Positions 43,011 to 55,967 of a DNA stretch of 64,000 nt are shown piece after piece. The stretch spans positions 10,168,001-10,232,000 of the forward strand of contig NC_043023.1 in NCBI RefSeq assembly GCF_006345805.1, given 5' to 3'. Both the position numbers and the translations under genes were made by a program. The first letter of the stretch is position 1; each line of letters starts with the position of its first letter. Origin of the DNA: Octopus sinensis (taxonomy: Eukaryota). The notes beneath the pieces are model-generated. The model saw nothing but the letters and a program-made list of their open reading frames with translations. It did not search any database and was not told where the DNA came from.

Positions 43011-43041
<31 letters not shown>

Positions 43042-43178
43042 TACATATATACAACAGGCTTCTTTCAGTTTCCGTCTACCAAATACACTCACAAGGCTTT
43101 GGTCGGCCTGAGGCTATATCAGAAGACACTTGCCCAAGGTGCCATGCAGTGGGACTGAACCCGGAACCATGTGGTTAA
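42426..43178 (-). mobile_element. SINE whose internal microsatellite carries a fold-back insertion
   Basis: Head at 43050-43178 is the reverse complement of the 36544 family. Body at 42426-42640 matches 56500-56600 in reverse. Confidence 0.75.
42816..43016. repeat. ~200-bp near-perfect palindrome
   Basis: tttagtgaaggaaagaaatggagctgaacg...gcaaatttccaaat-cag-aatttggaaatttgc...cgttcagctccatttctttccttcactaaa. Confidence 0.93.
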
Positions 43179-43542
43179 ATGAAGGTAGATAACTATGAAT
43201 ATTTGAGAGGATATTAAAACTGTTTACACAATAATGGGGCGGAGGTTAGATACACAGCAACAACAACAAATAAACATTTCAAAGTTTATCTTTATTTCAA
43301 AAGTTAATTTCTAAGAAGATAGGGACCAATTCAGGAAGGGAATCTCTTATGTTGTTGATAGATTTGCTAGAATTAGTAGCCAAATCCCTCTCAATTCAAT
43401 TATCATATTGGACAATGTGATTCTGGGTTCCCTACACTAAGGATAAAGTCAGGAGGGTCCTGGCTGGAAGGCATTTGATCAGGAGTCTCTGTTTAGTCAA
43501 GGTTGACCTTGGACTAAACAATTGCAGCATTTACACACAAGT

Positions 43543-43748
43543 TCACTTTTCTTCTGAAGGTAGACATTGAAGTGCCTCAAAGCATTCAGCTTCCTTAAGA
43601 GCTTTTCTGAGTGTTTTGAGTGTTCGCATCTCTGGATCACAACTTGTGTACCATGTGTGCAGCATCTGGAAGCTCTGCTCTTTAGTGTTATAAGGATAGT
43701 CATACCTGATAATCCCCAGATCGACATTTCTGATTCCTAAATTCCTGC
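43543..43748 (-). CDS. ANK-RING-death domain gene, last coding exon (death domain C-part)
   Basis: Acceptor ttttgcAG. (G)RNLGIRNVDLGIIRYDYPYNTKEQSFQMLHTWY...TLKTLRKALKEAECFEALQCL-stop has a death-fold pattern. Phase 1 matches the upstream exon. Confidence 0.85.
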
Positions 43749-44084
43749 CTGCAAAACATAAAACAATGAGAAATAATTTCAAAATCATTAACGATTACAT
43801 AAAAGATGTGTACTGTAGTTTGTCATAAATGTAACAAATAAATTATGTCAATGAGAAATAGTTATGAATCATAAAAAAATAAATAAAAGATGTTGTTCTC
43901 TGTTTCTAAGAATGTTAATTAAATAATAACGAAGAGGTGGAAATACAGGATGAAAATGGTGAAGATTTTAAAGAAAATTCATTGAAAATTACACTTGTGA
44001 AAATTTATGGTAAACAGATGGTAGGAGAAGTGTTTGTGTAGGCAAAAGTGTATGGAGAACCTAAAGAATCAATATAGACCATCA

Positions 44085-44520
44085 ACAGTCAATCCATTTG
44101 ATCCACCCATCCATTGTCTCTGCTCAATATTCTTGGGAGGATTGTAAAGACAGAGTCTTCAGGCATCTCCTCCATAGGGTCTTATCAGAAGCAGCCGTCA
44201 TTAGAGCATTTAGTTGGGTTCCCAAACATAAACAGCTAAGGCAATGGCTATCACCCAACCATTTAGTTTGTGATCTACCCCTAGGACCCCTGCTCCATTG
44301 GTTTGGCTTGAAGAATCTGTCTTGTCATTTGTTCCTGCAACACACGTCCATAGTACCAGAGATGTGGAGAGGAACTGGCTCAACCTGGAGAGATTCCCCG
44401 GATCTCTGGACTATACATCCTATTTAGTATCATTACTCCACAGATCCTTCAAAGGAACCCCATTTTGGCCGTCTGATAACATTCCATGCTCAATGCCTGA
44501 AATAGTTGTCTGTGATGCTT
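44085..44520 (-). mobile_element. Degenerate LINE (RTE-like) 3' fragment
   Basis: Minus strand reads ...WSRGPRGRSQTKWLGD, similar to the R-x-RGRP-x-x-x-W motif at LINE ORF2 ends. Confidence 0.4.
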
Positions 44521-44680
44521 CTCCTCTTCTGAATAATTGATAACTAAAGCATATCAAGAGTTAGAAATATCTAGAAGATATGGTTTGAACTATCAGACAA
44601 TACCAGTACTATTAGGCATATCTGGGCCAATTCAAATACAAAGAGACAAGATACCAGAATGATCTCAACTACACAAAGCA

Positions 44681-45915
44681 TTGGGTTTATTATCTCATAA
44701 ATAATGCATTTGTTTTATACATCTTTTATTCTTCAAAATTAAGATAAACAAAGTTCTTTTTTAACCTAAAATATACTCTCCTTCATTTTTTACAATGCTC
44801 TTCCATCTATCTAGCGCACTTGCAAGGCCCCTCTTCCAAAACTGACTTGTCCGTGATGAAAAATACTCCTCCACTACTGTTCTGCCTGCATCTACAGAAT
44901 TCATATTTTTTCTGTCCAAATGATTTTGAAGACTGCAGAATAAAGGATAATCGGATGAGGCAATGACTGGTGAATATGGTGGGTGGGGAATTGTTTCTCA
45001 TTCAAACTGCTCCAGCCTTTGGAATGTCATCCTTGCTGTATGTTGCCAAGCATTATCCTGATCGAAGAACACCTGTCATCTTGGAACCAAAGATGGTCAT
45101 TTCTCTTCTAGCACTGACTTAAGCCACTCAAGCTGCTCACAGTAGATCTCCTTTGTTATCGTTTGGTTAGGGTTCAAAAGTTCAAAGTGGACCAAACCTT
45201 TCATATCCCACCAAACAGATAACAGCACCTTACGTGGGTAGAGACCTTTTTTATTCTGGAGTGCCAGTATTTCTCCTTTCCCTACCCACTGTCTTTGGTG
45301 CATAACGTATTTATAGAGAACCCTTTTCTCATCACCAGTCACTATTCAGTTCAGTTCAATGAGACATGGCAGCAGAGAAGAGCACACATTCACTCTGTGT
45401 GCGACCCATTGACCCAATTTGCTGATTTTTCCAATACCACGCAAGTGTCGATGAATGGTTGAATGACCGAATCCAAGCTTCTCTGCTAGTTACAATGGGA
45501 TTTTGTTCCACCAGGGTTTGCAGGATGTCCTCATCAAGCTCTACATATCTTCCAGAACAAAGTTGATCTTCTTGGCTGTAGTTTCCAGCTCAGAACTTCT
45601 GGAGCCACCATTGACACTGGCTTACACTTATTGTCCAATCCCCATATACTGCATTAATATTCCTCGCACTTTCTGTTGCATTGTTGCTTTTACTGAACTC
45701 ATAAAGCAAAATATGTCGAATATGCTCCTTTGTTACTTCCATTATAGCTTTGAAAAAATAACTGTTAAAATTTAACTGCACTCTTCAAAACTCACACTAA
45801 GAATAAGTACAAGGTACTGCTTTTATAGCAAGTTGATGCAGATAGTTTATCCCATCCCCCTCCGACTTTTAGTTCATACAATTGAAAACACTGCATTACT
45901 TATGGGATGACCCAA
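44681..45915 (-). mobile_element. Decayed full-length mariner transposon (~1.24 kb)
   Basis: ORF pieces MEVTKEHIRHILLYEF...AVYG, TGDEKRVLY, LLSVWWDMKGLVHFELL, DQDNAWQH. Imperfect TIRs ttggg...cataaataatgca and tgcattacttatgggatgacccaa. Confidence 0.88.
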
Positions 45916-47243
45916 TGCAAAAATTTAACACATTTTGGTAGCCAACATGGGTTCATGACTCATAATAAGGATCTCTTTGAATGGTTGAAGGACATGATTT
46001 AGAAAGAAATCAATAACACTGCTTAACAAACTTTTAATTTTTTCTTGTCTTTGATAAGTTAAGTGTTATTTCCTATTTACTTCCATCAAGAAATCAAAGG
46101 AAAGGACATCTGTTCCCTTCAAACGTTGCTTTTGTCACCTGGACATCAATGTTTTGAAACCTATTTCCAGACAGATTCAGTGCTGAGTCACTGAAGCAGA
46201 ATTTTCTAGAAATTTCTAGAACTATCATCAAGAAGTTACTAAAATTTCCAAGAATTTCTAGAACGTTCTGGCAACATAGATACCAGTGTAAAAAAAGGGA
46301 TCATAAGATCACCAGTTCAGTTTATTTCTAACTATCCAAGAACTGCATTCATCACAGATGGCATCAAGAGGTTGTAAGCATCTGGCAGATACATTCTGCT
46401 GTGTCTGTGGTGAATTTATCAAGACAACAGCGTAAAATCACTGTGAGACAACATCAGCTGAAATGTGCGAGGTCTACATGGTATATATTGTGACGAAAGC
46501 AAAGTTTGAAGGAGATACTAGCCATTCTCGTATTTTCTAGGGTTAAGCAAATTGGAAATAACAATTGTTATCCATGGACAAAAATCGTTGTTACCCAGTG
46601 TAATAGAGGGGTGTTAAATTAAACCAAGCAAAGAGGAAACTTTTAACTTGCAGGAAAGAAGACAGGAATCACCAACATAAACACCATCCACCTATGTACA
46701 ATCAACCATTACATGTCAGTGAAGAGTGGTTCACAACTAAATGGACACTGGACAGTGGAGTGACTGCAACGTGCCACTCACTATACACAGGAGCATGTAA
46801 AAAAGGATGCACTTAATGATGTAGTCCTGTACTACCAACTGAAAGACAGAGATGTCCCACCTGAAATACTTTCCATCGTATTTCTGATTAAAACAGGCAT
46901 TTTGCAAAGAAAAAACAACAAAACGTAAACTTAGTAAAAATGTAAAACAAACAAAAAAAAAATTATCATTAACTCACCAGTTTACCCTTAAATGACATAT
47001 TTTAATTTGCTCTCTCAAAAGACAATATTAAATCGATTGTGTCCTCTAATTTAGCCATTTTACTGACCCCGCTAATCTCGGTGGCTATTTTATGATGTTT
47101 CAGTAATACCAACACCTTTAATAGAATCACTTTACAGCTAGCCTTTCAATTGGAAAGTAGGAATGGGAGCTTCTCTTAGTCATGCTGACAAACAAAAGCT
47201 GACACTTATTGAAATCAATTAAGTACTGTTATTTTATACTCAC

Positions 47244-47315
47244 CAACTTGCTGCCAGTTGACTCCTAACAGTTTTGCAACATCTTGGAGACACTTCTCCT
47301 CTAACTTTGGAGTTT
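47244..47315 (-). CDS. ANK-RING-DD gene, 72-bp exon (death domain N-part)
   Basis: tttcAG...GTgagt, phase 1/1. Encodes ETPKLEEKCLQDVAKLLGVNWQQV and splices to G-RNLG, giving the typical death-domain LG-x-x-W-x-x-x-G-x-x-LG. Confidence 0.85.
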
Positions 47316-49064
47316 CTGAAATAAATATTTGCAACTGTTATACTTGAGAGTAAAAATTCTTTATTAATAATCTATATTTTATTATAGTGGGACATACCTG
47401 TCATCATCGCTGGTCATCGGGTGACCACTATGTTTTTGGTCAACATTTTTATGCTTTCTCCAGTGGGACCAGGTAAATAGCTCAATACTTAGGTCTACAA
47501 CAAAATAGACTAACCTTCCTCAATTTCCTTTCTCTATTAAGACATCTTAAATAATCTAACAATGTTACAATTATCTCATTTAATTATCACTTGATAACAC
47601 TGTTTTTCTTTTAGTTTTCATTTTTTGTTTCTTATATATGTGCCACATGTATTTGAGATGTTAGAAGACTTCTTAATGAAGCAGATTTCTTTCCAGGTGG
47701 GCAATGATTAATTCTACAGAGGGGAGCAAAAACATATCAGGTATCCAAAAACACTTTATGCTTTCACAAAATCTTATTAACTATATATAATTGTTCATCC
47801 ATACATTATAGCAGTAAAAAAATCTGAAATGTTGCATAAAAACTGATACTCAAGAATTTTATAAGCAAGGCAGGGATACAGATCAAACTGGAAGCATCAA
47901 ATCTTTTATTTGCCAGGAAATGTTGGCTTAGCTATTGCCTTTAACCCATCTTCAGTTTGTGCCATGACCTCTATACCTCTACTCTTACTGGACAATGAGG
48001 TAGCATACCATCGTCCAAAAGATTTTAGAGGTTTCTCTTTAACCCTTGGCATGGTTTTGTATGCTGTTTTGAACTTCACTTGCTTCAGCTAACCTTTTGA
48101 CAAATGACTGCATTAATTATTTGGTTTAAACCCCATTCTTGACCAAAGAATTAGTTAATCCAGTCCATCCAGAACTATTTGCATACCCTTTTGCTCTCTT
48201 GTTAGTATTGTTATATCATCCTTTAAATTCCTTCTTGGGTGATTTCACTCGAGCCATTTCTTCTGATCAATCTGCTGATCTAAGTAACATTTCCATAACA
48301 AGCACAAACCAAATGACTGATATTGTGCAACCTACAGCAATTACAGTTTCAAAACGATGTCTGTTGTGAAATTTTCTGTCAGGAACCACATTTTGAAATT
48401 ATTACAGCAGCTTCTAGTCAGATCTCTAATCTTCTCTCATATATAAAAGAAGTTCATTGGTTCCATCACTAATTTGTGAGATACAGAACCATAAGCATCA
48501 ACCAGATCAGGTCATACAACGCTCAAATCCCTTTTATTCTTCTTTGTGTCTTGTATTGCATTGCACATTGAAAAATCATGTTCTACCCATCCAGTGGTTC
48601 TGGAAATTCCAGCATCCTGGACACTCTCGGTCTCATAGTCATTATTTTGGAGATGTGTAGCTGATCTCTTGGCAACTGGACCCATATAAATCTTGCCATC
48701 TACATTCAAGATTGAAAAGGGTCTGAACTGCTCAATCAGTTCTGTTTCAGCTTTCTTTGGTAAGTAATTTTTTTCTGCCTTGTACTAGTCATCAACCATT
48801 TCACCTTTATGCCACAACTCTTTAAGTACAGCTTATAACATAATTGTGTACAATACCTGTACACTTTCTATGATACACCATCACCTCCTGGGGCACTCTT
48901 TGCTTTTGCCTTCTTCACTCAGCTATATAATTGTTTCTGCTAGAAACCACCAAGTTGAGATTTGATTCATGGTTTTTTGGGGGCATTTCAAACTGTCCAT
49001 GAGTGGGAATGGATTATCTCACTTAGGATCAGTGTAGATCTCCTGTATGTGCCCCTCCAGTTCA

Positions 49065-49300
49065 TCATCATCACTTCACGTCCATTGTCCATGCTGGCAT
49101 GGATTGGACAGTTTGACTGAGGCTGGCAAGTTGGAAGGCTGCACCAGACTCCAGTCTGATTTGGCATGGTTTCTACGGCTGGATGCCCTTCTTAATGCCA
49201 ACCATTCCCTGAGTGCAATGGGTGCTTTTACATGCCACCAGCACGGCACCAGTATCTGCCACGACTGCAATTTTACTTGGCTTGATGGGTCGTCTTCTCA
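49065..49300. mobile_element. Dispersed SINE-like repeat with (CAT)n end
   Basis: ccatgctggcatggattggacagtttg...ggatgcccttcttaatgcca also at ~55580-55720 and, inverted, ~52750-52840. Confidence 0.7.
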
Positions 49301-49644
49301 ATACTTGGTTTAAAGGTCATGTTCTAAAACACCAAACAATCAGTCTCACTAAAAGGCCAACTGAAGTCTCACCAAAATATACAGAAAAGCGGAAGGTTTT
49401 ACTTGATATGATTGGAAGAGATGATTCAGTTGGACAGCAATATAGTGTGGTAACGAGGGTTTTGAAAAATGATCAAAAATAAATGTTAATTATGAATTCT
49501 TCGATTAATACAAGTGGATAGATCTGTAGGAGAGAGTATGAAGTCAATTAGTTTGACATGTTATGTAACTTGTAATTGTTTTACTGACCCATGAGGAATG
49601 AAATGAAAAGTCAACCCAAGAAGGTACTGAACTCAGGGAATGAT

Positions 49645-49654
49645 TATTAATAAT

Positions 49655-49711
<57 letters not shown>
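49645..49711. repeat. (AAT)n microsatellite
   Basis: Direct observation. Confidence 0.95.
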
Positions 49712-49713
<2 letters not shown>

Positions 49714-50482
49714 GAGAGGAACGTTTAATTTTGTTGAATACATAACAATCTTTCTTGTATTTGTGCCACAATAAAATGCACCCAGGATCCTTTATAAAGC
49801 TGGAATGTTTTAGTGGGACGTGTTCCTCAACCAACGAAGGTGGACAGTAACTGCTAACAAGAACTGACTTGGACAGTGACCCCTCCACCATCCATTCCAC
49901 AGGAACATGGAAATCAGATGATAAATGATGAGGACAATGTCATTTATTGTATCTTGCAGCTAGTATCTATCAAAAAGAGAATGCGAGAGAGAGAGAAAAA
50001 CAACAAAGAAGCAATGGCTATCTCAGTAGCAAGCCAGTGTTTTCTACTTCGATAAAGACAAAGCGTTTAATGGATGTAATGATAGATTTCCTATCAGTGA
50101 CAAAAAGACAGGATGTTGACACTTGGAATGTATTTCATTGTAAGTCTGCCAGATTATGAAAGACTCCTGCTAAAACAACAACTTATTAGTAAACACAGTA
50201 TAAATGTAAAATGAAGGCCTTGTCGTTAAAGCACTTGTTCACCCCCAACCAAATAACATATTTTAGTTCTCTATTCCAAAAGACATCATTAACTTTTGTC
50301 TGTTCTAACCTTGGTGGGCATTCTCTTAAATTTCAGTAATTTCTTCAAAAGAATTATTAAACAGATAATTTTTCAATTGAAAATTAAGAATGGAACCTGT
50401 TCTCAGTCCTTCTGACAAACAAAATATGCTCAAGTGAAGTAAAACTAATTTGAAATCACTTACAGACTTATTTTATACTCAC

Positions 50483-50554
50483 CAACTTTCTGTTGCTTAA
50501 CTTCCACCTTCTTCGATGTGCTATGGGAGCGGTTTTCCTCCAAATTTAAACTCT
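50483..50554 (-). CDS. ANK-RING-DD gene, 72-bp symmetric exon (diverged duplicate of 47244-47315)
   Basis: tttcAG...GTgagt, phase 1/1, open frame ESLNLEENRSHSTSKKVEVKQQKV. Flanking introns are homologous to those of 47244-47315. Confidence 0.75.
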
Positions 50555-50976
50555 CTGAAATAAATATTTAAAAGTTTTACAATATATAGTTAAATTTTTT
50601 TAAAATTATTTTTCTTAATAGTCTATATTTTATTATTGTCAGACATTCCTATTATCAATGGTCAACTGGTGACCACTATGGTTTTGGCTAATATTTTTAT
50701 ACTTTCTACCGTGATACCATGTTAAAGCTCATTATTCAGGACCACCACAAAATAGACTAACCTTCCTAAATTCCTCCCCTTTTCTCTCTCTATTAAGACA
50801 GCCTACATAATCTAACATTTCTGCGAATATCTCATTCAATTATCACTTGATAAAACTGTTTTTCTCTTCATTGTGTCTTTTCTTTCCTACAACCTGTTCT
50901 CAGTCATTCACACAAACAATATATCTCAGGTGAAGGTAAAATTTATAGAAATCAATTACAGTTATTTTATACTCAC

Positions 50977-51027
50977 CAAAAGATTCTACAACCGTCTTGA
51001 CTGTTTTTTCTCTACACCTTGGATACA
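50977..51027 (-). CDS. 51-bp micro-exon 4
   Basis: AG/GTgagt intact. VYPRCREKTVKTVVESF. Confidence 0.75.
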
Positions 51028-51142
51028 CTGAAATAAGAATTGGAAATTAAGAATGGAACCTGTTCTCAGTCATTCACACAAACAATATATCTCAGGTGAA
51101 GGTAAAATTTATAGAAATCAATTACAGTTATTTCATACTCAC

Positions 51143-51193
51143 CAACAGACTCTGCAACTGCCTGGGCTGCTTTTTCTCTACACCTTGGACACT
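51143..51193 (-). CDS. 51-bp micro-exon 3
   Basis: AG/GTgagt intact. ECPRCREKAAQAVAESV. Confidence 0.75.
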
Positions 51194-51308
51194 CTGAAAT
51201 AAGAATTGGAAATTAGGAATGGAACCTGTTCTCAGACATTCACACAAATAATATATTTCAGGTGAAGGTAAAATTTATAGAAATCAATTACAGTTATTTT
51301 ATACTCAC

Positions 51309-51359
51309 CAATAGATTCTACAACCGTCTTGACTGCTTTTTCTCTACACCTTGGACACT
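51309..51359 (-). CDS. 51-bp micro-exon 2
   Basis: AG/GTgagt intact. ECPRCREKAVKTVVESI. Confidence 0.75.
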
Positions 51360-51474
51360 CTGAAATAAGAATTGGAAATTAGGAATGGAACCTGTTCTCA
51401 GACATTCACACAAATAATATATTTCAGGTGAAGGTAAAATTTATAGAAATCAATTACAGTTATTTTATACTCAC

Positions 51475-51525
51475 CAACAGACTCTGCAACTGCCTGGGTT
51501 GCTTCTTCTTCAGACTTTGGACACA
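51475..51525 (-). CDS. 51-bp micro-exon 1
   Basis: AG/GTgagt intact. VCPKSEEEATQAVAESV. Confidence 0.75.
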
Positions 51526-51849
51526 CTGAAATAAGCATTTCAAAGTTTTATACTTCATAGTAAAATTTCTTTGTCTCTTTTAATAATCTATATTCCATTA
51601 TTGTAAGGCATTCATATCATCAATAGTCAATTGGTGACCACTATGCTTTCGGTCAACACTTTCTAAGCTGTTACTATATAATAGTTCAATATTTAGAACC
51701 ACAACAAAATAGGCAAACCTTTCTAAATCTCATCTTTCTCTTAAGACATCCTATATACTAATCTAACAATTCTGAAATTCTCTCACTTAGTTATCACTTC
51801 ATAACACTCTTTTTCTCTTAGTTTTGTTGTTTCTTTCTTATGTCTTTGC

Positions 51850-52092
51850 TGGACAAGTTTAACACAAAATTTCACATTGGTTATTTGTTCCTGCCCATTA
51901 GAAAATTGCAGACTACAGCCTACAAATGACCACAAAAGCACAAATTTCACAACTTTTGAAGTAAACACAGTGGTGTCACCCAGCACACCGCCTCATGAAA
52001 GTCACTGCTAGCTCTCACTGTGCACGCAACCATGTGCTGCCATCTGTTGGCATGCTACAGAACTAGTCCGTGAACTTTCTGATACTACCTTG
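51850..52092 (-). mobile_element. Mariner-type 5' fragment
   Basis: EQITNVKFCVKL resembles the mariner N-terminal EQR-x-x-IKFC motif. TIR-like end aggtagtatcagaaagttcacggact. Confidence 0.5.
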
Positions 52093-52374
52093 GAGCAATG
52101 ACCAGGCTTCATGTTCGAATTAAAACGAATCAACTCAAAAGTAAAGCCAAAAGGTGAAAGAGTCAGAAAACAATGTCTCTTTTAGCATTAATCACATCTA
52201 AAAACTAACGAGTGTGAGTATAAAATGTCTAAAAGGATGGCAAACATTATAACAAGTGTTAATCATATATTATTACAAACAAGGAGTTGCATGTCTCCAC
52301 TACAATATGAAGTGCATTATTCCATATCAGAAAGTTAATGAGACAACAGACAGATCAAGAAAGAATGTTCTTAC

Positions 52375-52517
52375 CAAATCCACTTTTCCGGAGTATGTGT
52401 TGTCGACATATGGGGCATTGCTTAAATGCCAGTTGAGAACAGCAATTCTGACAAATAACAGTATGTTGACATGGATGGAGTGTGACAGTAGCCTTTTTCT
52501 CTTGACACCACCGACAC
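52375..52517 (-). CDS. ANK-RING-DD gene, RING finger exon (C3HC4, IAP/Mind bomb/neuralized type)
   Basis: CRWC...LHPCQHTVICQNC...CPICRQ. Acceptor ttccacAG, donor GTaaga, phases 2/1. Confidence 0.92.
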
Positions 52518-53498
52518 CTGTGGAACAAAATATTAACACATCCCATCATTAACATTCATTTATAATAAAATATTTCATTGTGGACATATTTAGAGTACAG
52601 AATATTAAGGGGCACAACAGTAACCAGCAAGAGTACATCGTAAATTCATCTTTAAACAATTACATACAAGCAGATTTGTGTGTATACAAGTGTCACATTA
52701 ACATACACATACAAGGGTGGGCTGAAAATATCAAAGGCTGACTAAGGTGCAGCCTTCCAACATGCCATCCCAGTCAAACAGTCCAATCCATGCCAGCATG
52801 GACAACAGATGTTAAATGATGATGATGATGATGATGATGTCATACACATTGTTAGTGTGTGTTTTAGGTTATTTTCACATGAAAGCGTACATGACAACTG
52901 ATTGAGTCAGAGAAGAGAGAGAGAAAAAATTGTTGGTAGACAGATAAATCCTATTTACTTCTAAATAGCAATTTCAAAATGTGTTCATTCACTTTATTAT
53001 TTAGTACTACATTTTCATGGAGGTCACCGAACTCTAAAATAGTCAGGGGTGGATGGAGAGGTATATCAGTCAACACAAGCAATCATGTGAATGTCATCAA
53101 AATAGTGTTTTTCGTTTGATCCACTAACAACTGCATTTTCTGTTTATTGTTCTTATTATTGTTGTGTGGTCTTAAGGCTGCAAGCTGGCAGAATCATTAG
53201 CACACGGAGCAAAATGCTTTCTGGCATTTCGTCTGCCTTTACATGCTGAGTTCAAATTCAGCTGCGGTTGACTTTACCTTGATGTTGATAAAATAAGTAC
53301 CAGTTGAAAACTGGGGATGTTGTAATTGACCTTGCTGGCCTTGTGCCAGAATTGGAAATCATTATTGTTGTCTTGAGTCAAGACACTAATGACGGAATAA
53401 TACATTGGGAGAATTCAAACTAAATAAACATATAAACATGATTATATACAAAAGAGAAAATGTCCTGGTTTATCTTGTCGTTGCCAGTGAGTACTTAC

Positions 53499-53674
53499 AG
53501 TGATTGTAAAAATGTTTTTAATTTTTCTTTCAAATGTTGATTTTCTATGCAGTCCAATGGGGTCACTTTCTTATCATTACGATGGTATAAGCTGGCTCCT
53601 TGGCTGGCAAGATAACTCAAAACTACTATTCCAGAGAGCCTCCTATCCATGTCCAGTTGGAGCTCTTTGCAGCA
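53499..53674 (-). CDS. ANK-RING-DD gene exon (last partial ankyrin repeat and linker)
   Basis: CCKELQ...YLASQGASLYHRNDKKVTPLDCI...QS. tttgcAG/GTaagt, phases 0/2. Confidence 0.88.
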
Positions 53675-54679
53675 CTGCAAATGATGAAATATAAAACGAT
53701 GAGTAGAATATTACACAAATATATATTGTAGATAAACAAATCATGTCAAATGTAGGAAATATAATGGAACAAGTATCACAAATAACAGAACACAACAAAC
53801 CAACAAGAACCTATCTTTACAACTGGCTTGATAAAGCCAACTGGCCATAACAAAAGAAATACTTATGGAAGAGTATTGTATATATAAATATAACACAACA
53901 TAACAACAAACAATGGCAAGCTACATTTTTTTACACAAAGGCCATTCTAATTACCATGGGGGTTGTGTGATGGTCTATGGTCACTCAAGATTTTCTGTAA
54001 TTCCTTGGGGAGATTTTAACTGGTTGCAACAAGAAGTATTTTTTTAACAACATATATACTCCTACTTGAATTTGTTTACCATCTGCAAAACTGCCATCAA
54101 AACTCAGATTTTTGACATCTTCAGATCTGCATCTATGAAAGCAGTCACCCATATTTTCCTACTGGTAATTTCGATAATCCAAATATTGATTGGGAAACAT
54201 TTCACTGGTCACAAAGTGCAACTCATTTCCATAACAACAAACAATGAACAGAGAACACCAAGAACATAATAATTTCTTCAGACACAGCAACAAAACCAAC
54301 ACCAGACAGACATATCCAAGCATATCAATAATGTTTCCAAAATTTATAAAGAAACATTTTTGGCTGATGAAGTGAAGTAAAGATTGGCATGGTGGTTGAG
54401 GCAACACACCAACACATTATAGTCAAGAAATTGTTGAAACTGTTAGTCTGATAGACAATTCCTATAATAATGGGTTGTTGACTGCTAGAGTAGCTTCTTC
54501 TCACCAAAGAAGACATTACAACAATACATAGGTGACCATCAACTGTCTGAAATAGTCACACATCTGTAGTGACCGTTACATATTTGGGAATCAAAGAGTT
54601 GCTTAAATTCTGCAACAATAGACAATAAACACCATCAGATCTACAAGTGGATAGATGCTGAGGTCTTTCAAACAAACAA

Positions 54680-54724
<45 letters not shown>

Positions 54725-54727
<3 letters not shown>

Positions 54728-54870
54728 CTAGAAGTAGTTGATAGCTACTGTCATCTAGGTAATCAAGTCAGTAGTGGAGGTGGATGCGCCAAGAGCATAG
54801 CTGCTAGAATAAGATTAAGCAGGGCAAACTTCAGAGAGCTTCTATCTCTGTTGGTAACAAAGGGCCTCTA
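54725..54870 (+). mobile_element. RTE-like reverse transcriptase fragment
   Basis: LEVVDSYCHLG...SIAARIR...FRELLSLL resembles the LE-x-V-x-x-F-x-YLG region of LINE RTs. Confidence 0.65.
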
Positions 54871-55754
54871 TGACTATCTGTCTAGTTACATCGTCATACA
54901 TACAATCTCGGGACATTACACTTTTGTGCACACATCTTAATGTAAATTCATTCTCATCACATCTCCCTTCTTTACAATCATTGCAAGGGGTATTACTGTA
55001 GTCAATATACACATAAAGTCCAAGCCCTGGCAATACTTGGAACCCTAATTATTAACTTTGAATAAACTCAGTTATATATTCATTATCATGCTGATAAAAG
55101 AAACTTTCTTCGAAGTCCATGAATTTATTTTCTTTAAATTTAATTGTCCATAAACGAATTTATTTTCCTTTTCCTTTCTTTGAAAATGATTAATGAAATA
55201 TGCTTTCTAGCAATTAACACAGTTCAACTCGTTTAACTTGAAATTCGATATTTAAAACAGTTTGTGAATTTCTCTTTCTTAAATTTAAAGACTTATCTCT
55301 GTCGTTGGTCACCTCTCCTTCATACAGTGATGGCAGTGTTTACATGACACATATTTAAGACGGGTTACCTTCTTTACAGTGGAGTGGCCATGCTTTTGAA
55401 GGTGAAAGGAGATGGAATATTGTTAGTTACATAATACAACAAGTGCTATCAGGAGAAACTGAATTATTTAATACTAAAGGAAGAGAAGTGGATGGGAGTG
55501 AAAGAAAATAGCAAACAATGTCTGCCTGTTTCTCTATTTCTCTCTCTTTCTCTCACTCACACATACACACATCCTCCTCCTCATCATTTTACATTCGTTT
55601 TCTATGCTGGCATGGGTTGGATAGTTTGGCAGAAGCTGGGCAGCTGCAGAGCTGCTCAGGCACCAATTGCCAGTTTTGGCATAGTTTCTACGGTTGCATG
55701 CCCTTCCTAATGCCAACCACACACACATATTCACAAACAATTTTAAAAACTTAC

Positions 55755-55967
55755 CTCATCTAAAATGGGAATGGGTTCCACCTCAGAATGGAATATCTCT
55801 TTCTTTATTATGGAGAGGTGCAAACAATTATTGCCATCATTGTCGACAGCATTCATATTTGCACCATGTATAATAAATTTATGGATTATTCCGAGGTGGG
55901 TCCTGGACACGGCTTCCAGCAATGGTGTCATTTTGTTATGATTCCCAATATCCAGTTTCACTGAATC
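55755..55967 (-). CDS. ANK-RING-DD gene exon (two diverged ankyrin repeats)
   Basis: NHNKMTPLLEAV...HGANMNAVDNDGNNCLHL. 213 bp, phases 0/0, donor GTaagt. Confidence 0.9.

Larger units (their letters stand above)
50891..51535. repeat. 166-bp tandem repeat (51-bp exon + 115-bp intron) x4
   Basis: Exon boundaries at 50977, 51143, 51309 and 51475 are exactly 166 bp apart, with near-identical introns. Confidence 0.93.

Noticed and set aside
46030-46620. Possible solo LTR (ttctagaa motifs, cagttcag)
   Set aside because: Could not define TG...CA ends, a TSD or a second copy.
47880-49040. Possible decayed coding or transposon sequence on the minus strand
   Set aside because: Multiple stops and no motif I can assign.
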